Shown in pieces: positions 10,669-24,467 of a stretch of 32,465 nucleotides of DNA. Source of the stretch: Octopus bimaculoides (lineage: Eukaryota). The stretch is from assembly GCF_001194135.2 (NCBI RefSeq), contig NC_068987.1:37004183-37036647 (forward strand), read 5' to 3'. A program made the position numbers and the translations under genes. A model generated the notes under the pieces. The model did no database searches. It saw only the letters and a program-made list of their open reading frames with translations, and was not told the origin of the DNA. Every line of letters starts with the position of its first letter. Position 1 is the stretch's first letter.

Positions 10669-11215
10669 ATGTATATGAATATGTATTTATGTGTTTGTAT
10701 GTATCTACGTACGTATTAGACTTTTCGAGACCGTGACAAGGTGACATTAAGAGTTATCTCTTTGTCTGTTAGTACTGACATCTGCCAGTCTGCTGTCATA
10801 CTTCTAAGAAGGTGTAAGTCATATGAAGAGGAGGAGAGGAATACATAACTGTAGAACCACTGACAGCAATAAATTATTATCAGCAACCTAAGATGCACAA
10901 AATACTAAACAAATACGAAAAGGTATCAAATTGACAACAACAACAACAGCAAAATGCCAACGGAGAGGTCGTGTGACCATGAGGTCGCATGACCTTCTAA
11001 TTTAAGCAGCCAAATTAACCTCGAAAGTTTCCACACCGTTTAAAAGAATTGAGTTTGCTCAGTCAAAGTTCGCCTGATCTAACCTTTCAGGCAAATAAGA
11101 GAAAATAATAAATTAATAAATTAGAAAGAAAGCAAGAAGTGGAAGAGAAGAGTAAGTGTTGGCTGTGTCTTATGAATAGAAAGAAATTGGATGCTCGACA
11201 ATTATTACTGATAAT

Positions 11216-11610
11216 CTTTTATCTTTTATCTGTAATTTGTTTCAGTCATTTGACTGCAGCCATGCTGGAGCACCGCCTCGGGGAATTTTTAGTCGAACAA
11301 ATCGACCCCATTACCTAGTTTCTTTTTTAAGCCTGGCATTTTTACCGAACCGCTAGATTACGGGGACGTAAACACACCAACACCAATAGTGTAGCGGCGG
11401 TGGAGACAAACACAAACGCGCGCGCACACACACACACACACATATACGACGGACTTCTTTCAGTTTCCTTCTACCAAATCCTCTTTCAAGGCTTTGGCCG
11501 GCTCGAGGCTACAGCACAAGTCACTTTCCTCAGATGCCACGTAGTGGGAATGAACCCGGAACAATGTCATTGGAAAGGAAACTTCTTACAACACAGCCAC
11601 GTTTGCATCT
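11216..11610 (-). mobile_element. tRNA-derived SINE family A, full length
   Basis: Reverse complement has the same head, central microsatellite and GCGGTGCTCCAGCATGGCTGCAGTCAAATGACTGAAAC tail as the other copies. Confidence 0.9.
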
Positions 11611-11638
11611 GTGTATATTAAATGAGAAAATAAGAACC

Positions 11639-11673
<35 letters not shown>

Positions 11674-11819
11674 GGACAGTATGTAATATGAGGGAGAAAT
11701 TAGATGATTGACCATCGTTACTGGTGCTGTGCGTAATAAGGGTAAAAATTAGAAGCTTGGCCGCTATAACTGATAACGTGTAATGAAAGAGATATTGGAG
11801 GCTTGACCATGATTACTGA

Positions 11820-11997
11820 GAATGGTTAGCGTGCATTTCGTCCGTCTTCACATTCTGAGTTCAAATGATGCCGGGGTCGACTTTGCCTTTCGTCCTTTCG
11901 GGGTCGATAAATTAAGTACCAGTTGAATACTGAGGTCGATGCAATCGACTTACCCCTTCCCCTCAAAACTGCTGTCCTTGTACCAAAGCCTGAAACC
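11820..11997 (+). mobile_element. SINE family B (Meta-domain-like central region), 5'-eroded
   Basis: GAGTTCAAAT B box, GGGGTCGACTTTGCCTTTCGTCCTTTCGGGGTCGATAAATTAAGTACCAGT core; flanked by ATTACTGA (11812-11819 and 11998-12005), a possible TSD. Confidence 0.8.
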
Positions 11998-12541
11998 ATT
12001 ACTGATGATGTGTGATATGAGGACAAGTTATAGGCTTGGGTATCATTAGTGATGATGGGGGATATGAGGGAGATTTTAGAGGCTTCAACATCATTAGTGA
12101 AGATGTCTGAAATGAGGTGAAATTCAGAAATTGTCCATTATTTCTTATGATCTGTGATAAGAGAGAGAATTAAGAAGCTTGGACATCATTAGTGGTTATG
12201 TATAATATGAGGGAGAAATTAGAGACCGTCCTTAATGATGATAGGGGATATGAGGGGGAAATTGGAGATTTGGCCATCATTATGATTGGTAATATAACGA
12301 CAAATTACAAGCATTATCATAATTACTGGTATGTGATATACAGGTGAGATTCAAGATTTTGGTTATTCTTAGCAATGTTTAATATGAGGGAGAAATTAGA
12401 GGTTTTATCATCATTACTGAATACGTATAATGTATGCGGAAACTGACATATTGCGCATCATTAATGATACAGAGTAATTATGAGGAAGACATGAACGGCT
12501 TGACCAAAATAATTGATGACGTTATATGTGAAAGGTAAATT

Positions 12542-12990
12542 GGGTGCAAGCGTGGCTGCATGGTAAAAAGCTTGCTTACCAACCACATGGGTCTAGGTTC
12601 AGCACGTTGGGCAAGTATCTTCTACTATAGTCACGGGCCAACTAAAGCCTTGGATGTGGTAGACGGAAACTGAAAGACTATCGATTGTATGTGTGTGTGT
12701 GTGTTCGCGCGCGTATGTGTGTGTGTGTGTGCGCGCGCGCGCGTGCGTGTATGCGTGTGTGTGTGTGCGTGTATTTGTGCGTGTGTTTGTACCTCATCCT
12801 CATTTGACAACTGATGATGGTGTTTGCGTTCCCGTAACGTAGCGGTTCGGCAAAAGATATCGATAGAATAAGTGACAGGCTTAGAAAAAGTATTGTATTG
12901 GGTATATTCATTCGACTACAAATCCTTCAATGCGGCCCCCCCGCATGGCCGCAGTCTAGTGACTGAAACAAGTAAACGATAAAATATAAA
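12542..12990 (+). mobile_element. tRNA-derived SINE family A, full length
   Basis: Head, TTGGGCAAGT core, central (GT)n/(GC)n, tail GCATGGCCGCAGTCTAGTGACTGAAACAAGTAAA. Confidence 0.88.
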
Positions 12991-13362
12991 GGCTTGATTA
13001 TCAAACGCTAATGTGTAATATCAGGGAGAAATTAAAAGCTTGATAATTGTTAGTAATGATGTGTAATAAAAGGACTAATTATATGATCGTACATAGTATG
13101 AGAGAGAAATTAGTCTAGACCATCATTATTGATCATGTCTTGAATGAGGGAAAAGATAGATTTTTCAGATCATGCCACCAAACGGATGCACGTTCATTGT
13201 TGTGTATGATTGATAGAAGTCTGTGGTATATATGTGTGGGTATATCTGCACAGCACAGCTAATAGTATAATATGCCTATGTTGGTTGTATATGAACATGT
13301 TTCTTCATGTAAGCACAGATTTATATACGTTTCCCTATCAGTATGAATATATACATATATAT

Positions 13363-13525
13363 AGGCGCAGGAGTGACTGTGTGGTAAGTAGCTTGCCTAC
13401 CAGCCACATGTTTCCGGGTTCAGTCCCACTGCGTGGCACCTTGGGCAAGTGTCTTCTACAATAGCCTCGGGCCGACCAAACCTTGTGAGTGGATTTGGTA
13501 GACGGAAACTGAAAGAAGCCCGTCG

Positions 13526-13594
<69 letters not shown>

Positions 13595-13735
13595 GTGTGT
13601 ATGTTTGTGTGTCTCTGTTTGTCCCCCTAGCATTGCTTGACAACCGATGCTGGTGTGTTTATGTCCCCGTCGCTTAGCAGTTCGGCAAAAAGAGACCGAT
13701 AGAATAAGTACTAGGCTTACAAAGAATATCCCAGG
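13363..13735 (+). mobile_element. tRNA-derived SINE family A, 3'-truncated
   Basis: GTGTGGTAAGTAGCTTG..CCGGGTTCAGTCCCACTGCGTGGCACCTTGGGCAAGTGTC; best-preserved head in the window. Confidence 0.9.
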
Positions 13736-13829
13736 GCCCCAATAATTACAGGTATAAACCTGAACTTGAAATCTGTATGCATGTATGTATGTATTAATAT
13801 ATGTACACAAATCAGGGATCAAGGATCAA

Positions 13830-14324
13830 GATAATTATGTTACTTGTACCAAACTTTGGCATTGAAAGTTACAGAAATAGCAGATTGGCGCGCCACTGCA
13901 GAGTGCCAAAGATCTTACCATCGCCACCAAATTACGGGACCAGATACTGCAACAGCTTGGGTTTTGAGGGCTCACAACTCTTCAATAACCTTCCAAAATG
14001 CCTAAGAAACCTGCATGGTGTAGGTGTCTTGAAAACAAAACTGGATTTCCTCCTGTCAAGGGTTACGGATGGGCCTGCCTCACAGCAGGAATCACAGATG
14101 GGGGCAGCAACATCAAACTCCCTCATTCACCAAATGTGAATTAAATGTCAAGACTGTAGTTACTTTGATTCAATTCCTTTTATTCCTCTCGTAAAAAAGG
14201 CTCTCTTCTGATTATATTTGGAACATGTGAAGAGGTTCCAAATAATGAAAATGTAGCACAGCCAACAGTGGTGCTCCAGCATGATCGCAGCTTTAAATCT
14301 GAAACAAGTTAAAGAGTTAAAGAG
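13830..14324 (+). mobile_element. CR1/L2-group LINE 3' fragment (RT C-terminus plus putative 3' tail)
   Basis: ORF 13801-14139: LVPNFGI..RHCRVP..TRYCNSLGFEGSQLFNNLPKCLRNL..KTKLDFLL..GP..SNSL, typical post-RT C-terminus of CR1/L2-group elements; tail at 14268-14324 resembles the SINE A tail. Confidence 0.75.
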
Positions 14325-14702
14325 GATGCATTTATAACACACTCCCGCAAACACAGTCCAAATGATGCCAGGGGACTATCAGACACTGGAGTTTTGCAAC
14401 CTCTGTAATAGTCACCATGTCGTTCTTTGGAACTTCTGTTTCTGTATAGAAATAAACAAATAAGACATTTGCTGGAGTGTTCTGAGGCTTGCCAAGCTGG
14501 AATTAATTCAGTATAGCCAGATGAAGCAGTAAAAATCAAAGTGATGGTACGTATATCTATTTATAACACATTATATGTGCTTAGATTTCAGATGTACTCC
14601 GCCATCCCATCCAAATGTTTATCTTTGTCATCGTATTTTAATGTTTTGTATTGAACTTGGAGCATATAAATAAATTATTCTTTGTATTCCTGTTATTATA
14701 AA

Positions 14703-14842
14703 GGTGCATGGCTTACGGCTTAAGATGTTGGACTCATGATCGTAAAGCCTTGTGTTCGATTTCCTGCCAGAGTAGCGTCGTTGTCTCTTTGGTCAAAGCA
14801 TTGCATTTCACGAGTCTCCAGTTCACCCAGCTACAGATGAGT
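14703..14842 (+). mobile_element. tRNA-derived SINE 5' fragment (related to family C)
   Basis: GCATGGCTTACGGCTTAAGATGTTGGACTCATGATCG..GTGTTCGATTTCC..TGCATTTCACG parallels the 1870 copy. Confidence 0.65.
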
Positions 14843-15424
14843 TATATCTACTACATGATAGCCATTCGTGGTCAACTAGCCCAAACTTGTGCAAAGATAT
14901 GATATCAACGGCTGTTGTGTTTAAGATGAATGGATTACTGTTATTAGATGAATGGATTATTGTTATTAGAATAACGGCGAGTGGGGTTTTAAAAGATCGG
15001 TAGAACATCTAGTAAAATTCTTGCAATATATTTAAATCATAGATATGCTTTCTGTCTTCAATCATTTTAGATTCGGAAGATATAAAACAAGTTTGTCTTT
15101 GTCTGAAACATCAGATTTTTTCCTGTTCACCGCGAACTGTTGTAACCTGCAAGTACACCTTTAGATGTCACCACTTTTGTTATTTCAGATTAAAAGTTTT
15201 TACCTTACAAGTATTTAGTTACGTACCACCAGGGTCCAAATTTCAAATCCTGATTCGGTCGCTATCACTTTCTATCCTTCTAGTATTGATAAAAGAATTA
15301 CAATTAAATTGCAGTGAAGGTCTATTCAATCGACCACTTATACAACATTCGGCAAATTGTGCCGGGAGAGAGCATTTAGTCTTCCATTATGCCTTCAATT
15401 CAAATTCCTCAAATGCCATTTTTA

Positions 15425-15500
15425 GTGTTTTTTACTATAGCCTCAGACTGACCAAAGCCTTGTGAGTGCATCTGATAGACAGAAACTGAAAGAAACCCGA
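15425..15500 (+). mobile_element. SINE family A internal fragment
   Basis: CTATAGCCTCAGACTGACCAAAGCCTTGTGAGTG..GAAACTGAAAGAAACCCG matches 13460-13525. Confidence 0.75.
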
Positions 15501-16484
15501 TATTAAAAGATATTCTTTCTATGAGTGTAACAGCATTAAATCCAAAGATTTAATCTTCGGTGAAAAAAGTGCTAAAAATTAAAATAAAAAGAAATATTTG
15601 AATCCAGCTGACTCATAGCGCTCAATCTAGAAATTGTGTTACATCACGATCTAAATTTCTCTGGTAATTGTTAGTTTCTTGAACAGGGATTTATTATTGT
15701 AATTTACCCAAACTTCAGTTGGTAGCCACTTCTTTGGAGCACGGAAACTTTTGCTTACAATGTTTAGTTACAGCAGATTCTGATTCAAATCCTTTCTTCG
15801 TTGAATTTTACTTCCCTGGGTTCCATTAAATATATACCGCAGCATGGGAAAGAGAATTATCTTAAATAGAAAAAAAACTTTCAGTTTTGTTTACTGTAAC
15901 AGATGCTGCTGAGCTGCAAATATTCACTGTCAATTACTTTTATATAAGTTTTGCAATGATGCAGGGTCCCCTTTCTTAGCTCTCTTATATTGTCTGTGCT
16001 TAAGGCTGCTCACCTTAGCTTTCTTGCATAGACTGCACCAATATTTAAAAGCTTCTCCAAAACTTAACGTTTTTATGAGACAAATTAGAATGTCTTCAGT
16101 ATGATAGAATTTCCAAAAACGTATCAAAGTTAATCAAATATATTACTCGTCCTATGATCTAAGTTAATATAATAACGGACGATTAAACCAACCAAACCTC
16201 CGCCTTCTTTTCCATAAATCATTGGCTTTGCGCCAATGAAATAAATCATAATTGTAGTTTAGCCAATTATAAGTTGGCTAGATATATTTTCTCCGGAATT
16301 TTCAGTAATTTTTACCAAATCACTGATTGATAATGGCTTTGAAGCATTCTAAACGAGATAGTCTCCGATATGGATTTATGGATTTTCTTCACCAACTTTC
16401 TCCTAAATACTGAACATTAATACTGGTACAATAACAATAAACTTCTCCAATTTCTGAAAAGAAATTAATTAACGCTATGACAGT

Positions 16485-16567
16485 GATTGTTGTTGTTGTT
16501 GTTGTTGTTGTAGTGGTGGTGGTGGTGGTGGTGTCGGCGGCGGCGGCAGCAGCAGCAGCAGTAGCAT

Positions 16568-16631
<64 letters not shown>
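16485..16631. repeat. Compound (GTT)(GGT)(GGC)(GCA)(GTA)n trinucleotide array
   Basis: Direct reading. Confidence 0.95.
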
Positions 16632-16632
<1 letters not shown>

Positions 16633-17224
16633 ACTTACATTGATACAAGTTACAAAAGTGAAAGGTGATAGTCAAATGAACATATACAAAAACAAGATAG
16701 GAAACTACTTGAAAAGGAAACAAAAGATAATTTATCAAATGACCCAGCATCTATACAGAGCAAGTGGACATATTTGAAACAGAGATACTAAAAGAAAATG
16801 AAGATATCTTATTTTTGTGGCTGTAGAAAATTCCAAAAAACCAGCTGTAAATTACATGACCCCTAATAAGTTTCTGATGAAACAGAAATTAAGTAAAGAT
16901 GTTGTGCAGCGCCGAATCTCTGTCCTTCGAAATGTAAAAACCCAGCAGTTATGTAGCTTAAACCTTACTCTAACTTTTTGGCTATGTCTTAAAAATTAAA
17001 GACACAGTAGAGAAATTTACAGTAGCGTTTTCAGAATCTACGCTTAAATGTGTAACTGACTACAAATTTGTGGAGAGTAAATTAGACAGAACTATCTACC
17101 AAAGTACATAAGAGGTACTCAGTTTAATGACTCCAAATGATAATATTCATGGCGATCAGATTTTAAGTTCAAAACAAAACAGCATGTAGCTAAATATGGC
17201 AAGATAATCGAAAGATTCTGCTAT

Positions 17225-18945
<1,721 letters not shown>

Positions 18946-19321
18946 CAGAGAGAGACAGACACAGAGAGAGTGACAAAGAGAGAGACAGAGTGAAAGAGGG
19001 GGAGGGAGAGAGAGAAAAGTCATCAATATTTATGCAAGAAAGAAAGAGAACAATATATATAGTGGGTTATTATCTCTGACTTACTCTGTTACTTTCTCTC
19101 TTTCTCTCTCTCTCGTTTTTTCTCTACCATTTATCTCCGTTTCGTTTTTCCTCGTTTTCTCCTCTCCTTCCTCTTCCTCCCACCCTCCCTCTCCTCTGCT
19201 TGGGTCTTATTTTCTTTCTGTTTTTGTTTTTTTTCTGTCTCGTTTATATCATAATTAAAACAATATTATTTCGATTTTTCAGTTTTTTCTTCTAAGAAAA
19301 TAGTTAACTCATCTCTTCTCC

Positions 19322-19387
<66 letters not shown>

Positions 19388-19851
19388 CTCTCTCAGTCAT
19401 CTTTTTCTATCATTTTCTTTCGTTTTTGCTTTTTATCTTTGTCGGGGGTTTTTTTCACCTTTGTCGCTTTCTATATACCTGAGTCTTCTTTTCTCTGTTT
19501 CTTTTTTTTTTTTCATCCTGTCTAGTTTATATCATATTTAATCATAAGAAAATGGATTACCCATTACATTCAAATTAATTAATTTAATTAATTAATCATG
19601 TATGTTAATTACTTAATTGTATAAATGATGTTTTTTTACTCCATTTATTGAAACAACACTACAGAACAATTTAATTATGAATCATACGTGAAATTTATGA
19701 TTTGCTACTTTTTACTATTATGTTGCTCTAGCCTATCGTTTTACTGAATCTGTTTATATAGACAGGTTTACTCCACCGATGATTATAGCTCAATTGTCAT
19801 GATTTAGCTCAATTCCAGTGGATTTTATTATGTATATACATCAATTCACTT

Positions 19852-19852
<1 letters not shown>

Positions 19853-19923
<71 letters not shown>
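19853..19923. repeat. (AGAT)n microsatellite
   Basis: Direct reading. Confidence 0.97.
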
Positions 19924-19924
<1 letters not shown>

Positions 19925-20049
19925 CCTACAAGAGAACTCGGTAGATTGCAGATACTGTTTCTGAATCTCTTTGATTCTTTAAATGTGCTAGCTTCCTGGT
20001 AATTAATCGATATTAATTAATATATGATTTTTTACCCTATTTTTTAATA

Positions 20050-20646
20050 NNNNNNNNNNNNNNNNNNNNNNNNNNNNNNNNNNNNNNNNNNNNNNNNNNN
20101 NNNNNNNNNNNNNNNNNNNNNNNNNNNNNNNNNNNNNNNNNNNNNNNNNNNNNNNNNNNNNNNNNNNNNNNNNNNNNNNNNNNNNNNNNNNNNNNNNNNN
20201 NNNNNNNNNNNNNNNNNNNNNNNNNNNNNNNNNNNNNNNNNNNNNNNNNNNNNNNNNNNNNNNNNNNNNNNNNNNNNNNNNNNNNNNNNNNNNNNNNNNN
20301 NNNNNNNNNNNNNNNNNNNNNNNNNNNNNNNNNNNNNNNNNNNNNNNNNNNNNNNNNNNNNNNNNNNNNNNNNNNNNNNNNNNNNNNNNNNNNNNNNNNN
20401 NNNNNNNNNNNNNNNNNNNNNNNNNNNNNNNNNNNNNNNNNNNNNNNNNNNNNNNNNNNNNNNNNNNNNNNNNNNNNNNNNNNNNNNNNNNNNNNNNNNN
20501 NNNNNNNNNNNNNNNNNNNNNNNNNNNNNNNNNNNNNNNNNNNNNNNNNNNNNNNNNNNNNNNNNNNNNNNNNNNNNNNNNNNNNNNNNNNNNNNNNNNN
20601 NNNNNNNNNNNNNNNNNNNNNNNNNNNNNNNNNNNNNNNNNNNNNN
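20050..20646. other. Assembly gap (N run)
   Basis: N run; right edge is (TA)n. Confidence 1.
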
Positions 20647-20705
20647 ATATATATATATATAAAGGCACACTGCTAATAGGCATCAGAGTGAATAAAAAAT
20701 TAGTT

Positions 20706-20777
20706 AACCCTATACTCGTGTTTCGCTATTAATGACCAAATAAATTAATTTGGCATCTGTAGCTCAGTAGTAGGGTT
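20706..20777 (-). ncRNA. Inactivated type I hammerhead (second copy of the tandem pair)
   Basis: AACCCTA CTACTGA GCTA..TAGC GAAA CACGAG TA TAGGGTT: 7-bp stem I but core CTGATGA changed to CTACTGA, and an A.A mismatch in stem III. Confidence 0.75.
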
Positions 20778-21192
20778 GCTAAAATGTATAATTGTGTAGC
20801 TATAATACATACTGAAAACACGAAGTAAACACGTGCGAAGACAGCTCTATCTTTATACAATATGGATTCAACCCTAGTGACCGAGCGTAGTCAGAACAGA
20901 ACAGCAGCAAACAAATTCGACTATGTACTACAAGAATTGAAAATTTTTTACTACATAAATATATGGGTAAAAATTATCAAAATCATTTATAACCAGTGGT
21001 TTGCATGCGTAATAAAAGTCATAAAACATAAAATATTTTATATAAAAGTGTATAAAGATTTATACACGGAGAAAAGACTCTTCACAGGACTTTTTACATG
21101 CTGAAAAGGGCAGTTAAACCAGAGCCACGGAAAACAATGAATTCTTAAAGCACGCTGCTAATAAGCACCAGAGTGAATAAAAATTAGTTAAT

Positions 21193-21258
21193 CCTATACT
21201 CGAGTTTCGCTATTAATGACCAAATGAATTAATTTGGCATCTGTAGCTCATCAGTAGG
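21193..21258 (-). ncRNA. Type I hammerhead ribozyme, intact core, palindromic stem III
   Basis: CCTA CTGATGA GCTA cag ATG CCAAAT taattc ATTTGG t CAT taa TAGC GAAA CTCGAG TA TAGG; GUA cleavage predicted between 21197 and 21196. Confidence 0.9.
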
Positions 21259-21533
21259 GTCCTTTTTATCGTGGTTTGGGTTTTAACTGCTCTTTTTAGC
21301 ATGTAAGAAGTTCTGTCAAGGGTCTTCTCTCCGTGTATAAATCTTTATACACTCTTATATAGAATATTTTATATCTTATGACTTTTATTACGCATGTAAA
21401 CCACTGGTAATAAATTATTTTAATAATTTTTACCCTTATATTTATGTATATATATATATGGCCATGATAGATCGCTAACCACTACACACATTTTTTTTCT
21501 CTCTTTGTTTCTCTCTTTGTTTCTTTCTGTGTT

Positions 21534-21572
21534 GCTTTCTGTGGAAGAGCGTAGGCTCGAAACGTTAAATAC
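21534..21572 (+). ncRNA. Minimal hammerhead-like motif with variant core
   Basis: TTT CTGTGGA A GAGC gtag GCTC GAAAC GT T AAA: A6U substitution, extra A after A9, loopless AC/GU stem III, 3-bp stem I, GUU site. Confidence 0.4.
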
Positions 21573-21635
21573 TTTTTCAATTCCGTTTGTTTTCTACACC
21601 AACTGTCTTCGTCTGTTGTTTTTTGTGAATTCTCC

Positions 21636-21746
<111 letters not shown>

Positions 21747-22414
21747 TGACTGTCTGAGAACTCAGCTCTGACTCAACATTGGGGTAAATAGTTTCTTTAT
21801 TTAAGGATTTTCTTCATATTCTTTGGTTTCATGCGATTCGTAATTTTCAAATGGTCCTCATTTGAAATGGTGATAACACCGCTTCCACCTTGGATTTTGC
21901 TACCTGAGATAGCATAAACTGCTATCAACACACATGAGCATGCATTGATATACTTTTTTCTCCAAGACCAATATCAATGCAAGAGAAGTAACAACTGCTG
22001 AAGTTCTTCAATAATTAACTTCCTTATCTCTGAATGATGTATTTTAATAACGTGTGAAGTCACGTAAAATCTCATGTACCCTTACCAAAATGGAGACATA
22101 TATATAACGTTAGTAGTGCGTATGGATACCTGATCACACATACGGTGAAAGTATAAAAAAAAGAGAACTCAGTACTCGGACAGATTAAATTTCTAATGTA
22201 TTTAGTTATATTTCAGGTTACAGCATTTAATTAAAGTGTTCTGTTTTTGGCGTATCGCTAAGGTAATCATCAGTGGAGAGCATAACATCAGGTCAGTTGA
22301 CCTTTCATAATAGAAACTTCAGTATTATGTTTGTGTATGTTCGGCGCACATATATATGTGGGTGTATTTGTGTGATTATGTTTCTGTCTGTCAGTGTGTT
22401 TGTGCATGTGTTTG

Positions 22415-22475
<61 letters not shown>

Positions 22476-22497
22476 GTGTGTGTGTGCATGTGTGTGC
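22415..22497. repeat. (TG)n microsatellite
   Basis: Direct reading. Confidence 0.95.
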
Positions 22498-23322
22498 AGA
22501 AGCTTGCGAGCGTGCATGTGTAATTGTGAGCATAGTTGAATTCTTAAGAAGTGTGCTTTGCAATTACGAGGTGCCGAGTTCAATCCTAATGTATAACATT
22601 TTAGAGAAGTGTTGCTTCCACCCGAGTTGTGCGAGTGGATTAAACACTATCGAAAATGCGTTAAATTCTGACGGTTAGATTCTATAAAAAAAATCGTCTG
22701 GTTACATCTGTTGTCCTTGACACGAAGCTCTAGGCCCTTCAGTCAAACCTGTAGTAATTTCAGCTAATAAAAGAGTATGTATATTCTGCTTTATGTATAG
22801 GGCTCGTTTTCTCCTAGTTACACAAAGATATACACATGCATATTTTCATGCACGCATATACGTATACAGATATTTATTTATGTGTGTGTGTATGTGTGTG
22901 TATGCACGCACATACACACACACACATAATCACACAGATACATACATTGCGTTTACATACACACATTCATATGTATATATACATATTTATTTATACATTT
23001 ATATATGTATATACATATTAACATTTATATTTATATTTATACTTGATTATACACATGATCATCGTATTTAACAAAACATACATATCTGCATTAATATAAT
23101 GAGGGCCTTAATCTTTTTTTATTTTCATTTATCTATTTATTTTTTCAAAATAAAGGTATTGTGTGTGCTAACGTCAAACTATTGTATGCACAAACCACGT
23201 CGTTTTATTCAGGAAAAGACAAGAAAAGCTGGGGAAAAGATGAGATTTATCGAATATTGGAAACTTTCTCTCTCACACACAGGAACTACAACCATCCAAT
23301 AATGTTAGTCGTATTATTATTA

Positions 23323-23364
<42 letters not shown>

Positions 23365-24297
23365 GTCAGTACTTCATTGTATTATGGTTCTCGTTCGTTT
23401 TAGTAGGATAATAACACTTCCGGTTGTTTTTGTCATTCATCCATTCACATACAGAGACACTCACACGCGCAAGCACTCAGAGAGAGAGAGAGAGAGTGAG
23501 AGAGAGATGCATGTGTGTGTGTTTGTGTACGTATGGGTGTAGATGTCTGTAGGAATTTTTTTTTTCTTTCAAGCATATATTGAATACACAATTGTGTTCG
23601 AGCTTTGTTCTTTCTTTGTGAAGGATATCTTTTTTTTCTTTTCATATTTCTTTATAAATCCTTTATGAAACAATAATGTTCGTAAGCCATTAACGTGTGT
23701 AGTAATATACAAAAATAGTTATGCTCAACATGTTGTGGTATGTCTGTGATGTAGGGACACGAGTGTTCACTTGACGGTCGAAACCAACCAGCGATTAGTG
23801 TGCATCAAGATCAACAGGCGTACGAAATCCCTCACAGCCTAGTGATATACCTATCAAACCTGAACTCAGTTGCATTGCCTACAGACAGCCTTGAATGCAT
23901 TTGTTGCTACACACTGGACATGAATCATTCTACACACAATTGTGCTTAAGATGTCTCTCTTTACACAGATAGATAACAAGATTCATTCTACATTCGATGC
24001 TTTTGAAAGTATATGGCTTTCTAGATACACTGCCTGACAACCGAACAAGTTCCATTAAAAGTGATGCCACGTCAACAGAATAGACAATTTCATACACGAA
24101 AGCAAATTCTTTGAGAATACAAATTCGCAACTTTCTAGCTAGCATTCAAACTGATTTATCTATATAGCTGGATTGTCATACTATACATGTATACACACTC
24201 ACATGCACTCATTGGTACATACAGATTCACTTGCATGTGCATACATACATTTATACATATGTACATGCTTAGCCATGTACATATACACACTTACTAG

Positions 24298-24467
<170 letters not shown>

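Larger units (their letters stand above)
11665..13155. repeat. Decayed minisatellite with about 47-bp unit, interrupted by two SINEs
   Basis: Consensus about CATCATTAGTGATGATGTGTAATATGAGGGAGAAATTAGAGGCTTGGC; CATT anchors at 11997, 12044, 12092, 12136, 12187. Confidence 0.8.
20661..21448 (-). mobile_element. Retrozyme-like / Penelope-dependent non-autonomous element with HHR-bearing terminal direct repeats and inverted 5' extension
   Basis: About 115-bp direct repeats at 20661-20776 and 21147-21260, each with an HHR on the minus strand; about 185-bp inverted repeat arms at 20952-21134 and 21263-21448; (TA)n on both sides. Confidence 0.8.

Noticed and set aside
10968-11037. GTGTG..CCATGAGGT..ACCTCGAAAG..CACAC hammerhead-like arrangement
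   Set aside because: No CUGANGA core, wrong spacing and no valid stem III.
11665-13155. CRISPR-like array or 16-aa coding repeat
   Set aside because: Units are contiguous and degenerate with no spacers, unit length varies out of frame, and the context is eukaryotic.
14309-14546. Possible host exons (plus-strand 14450-14546 with AG/GT; minus-strand acceptor at 14442)
   Set aside because: The plus candidate has stops in all three frames; the minus candidate has no convincing donor or recognisable peptide.
20952-21448. Tc1/mariner MITE reading (TA|CA...TG|TA with about 180-bp TIRs)
   Set aside because: Not excluded, but it does not explain why the interior is an HHR repeat duplicated 486 bp away; TA is also ubiquitous here.
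23745-23950. Open stretch GHECSLDGRNQP... as an exon
   Set aside because: Weak acceptor, no donor and no recognisable homology.
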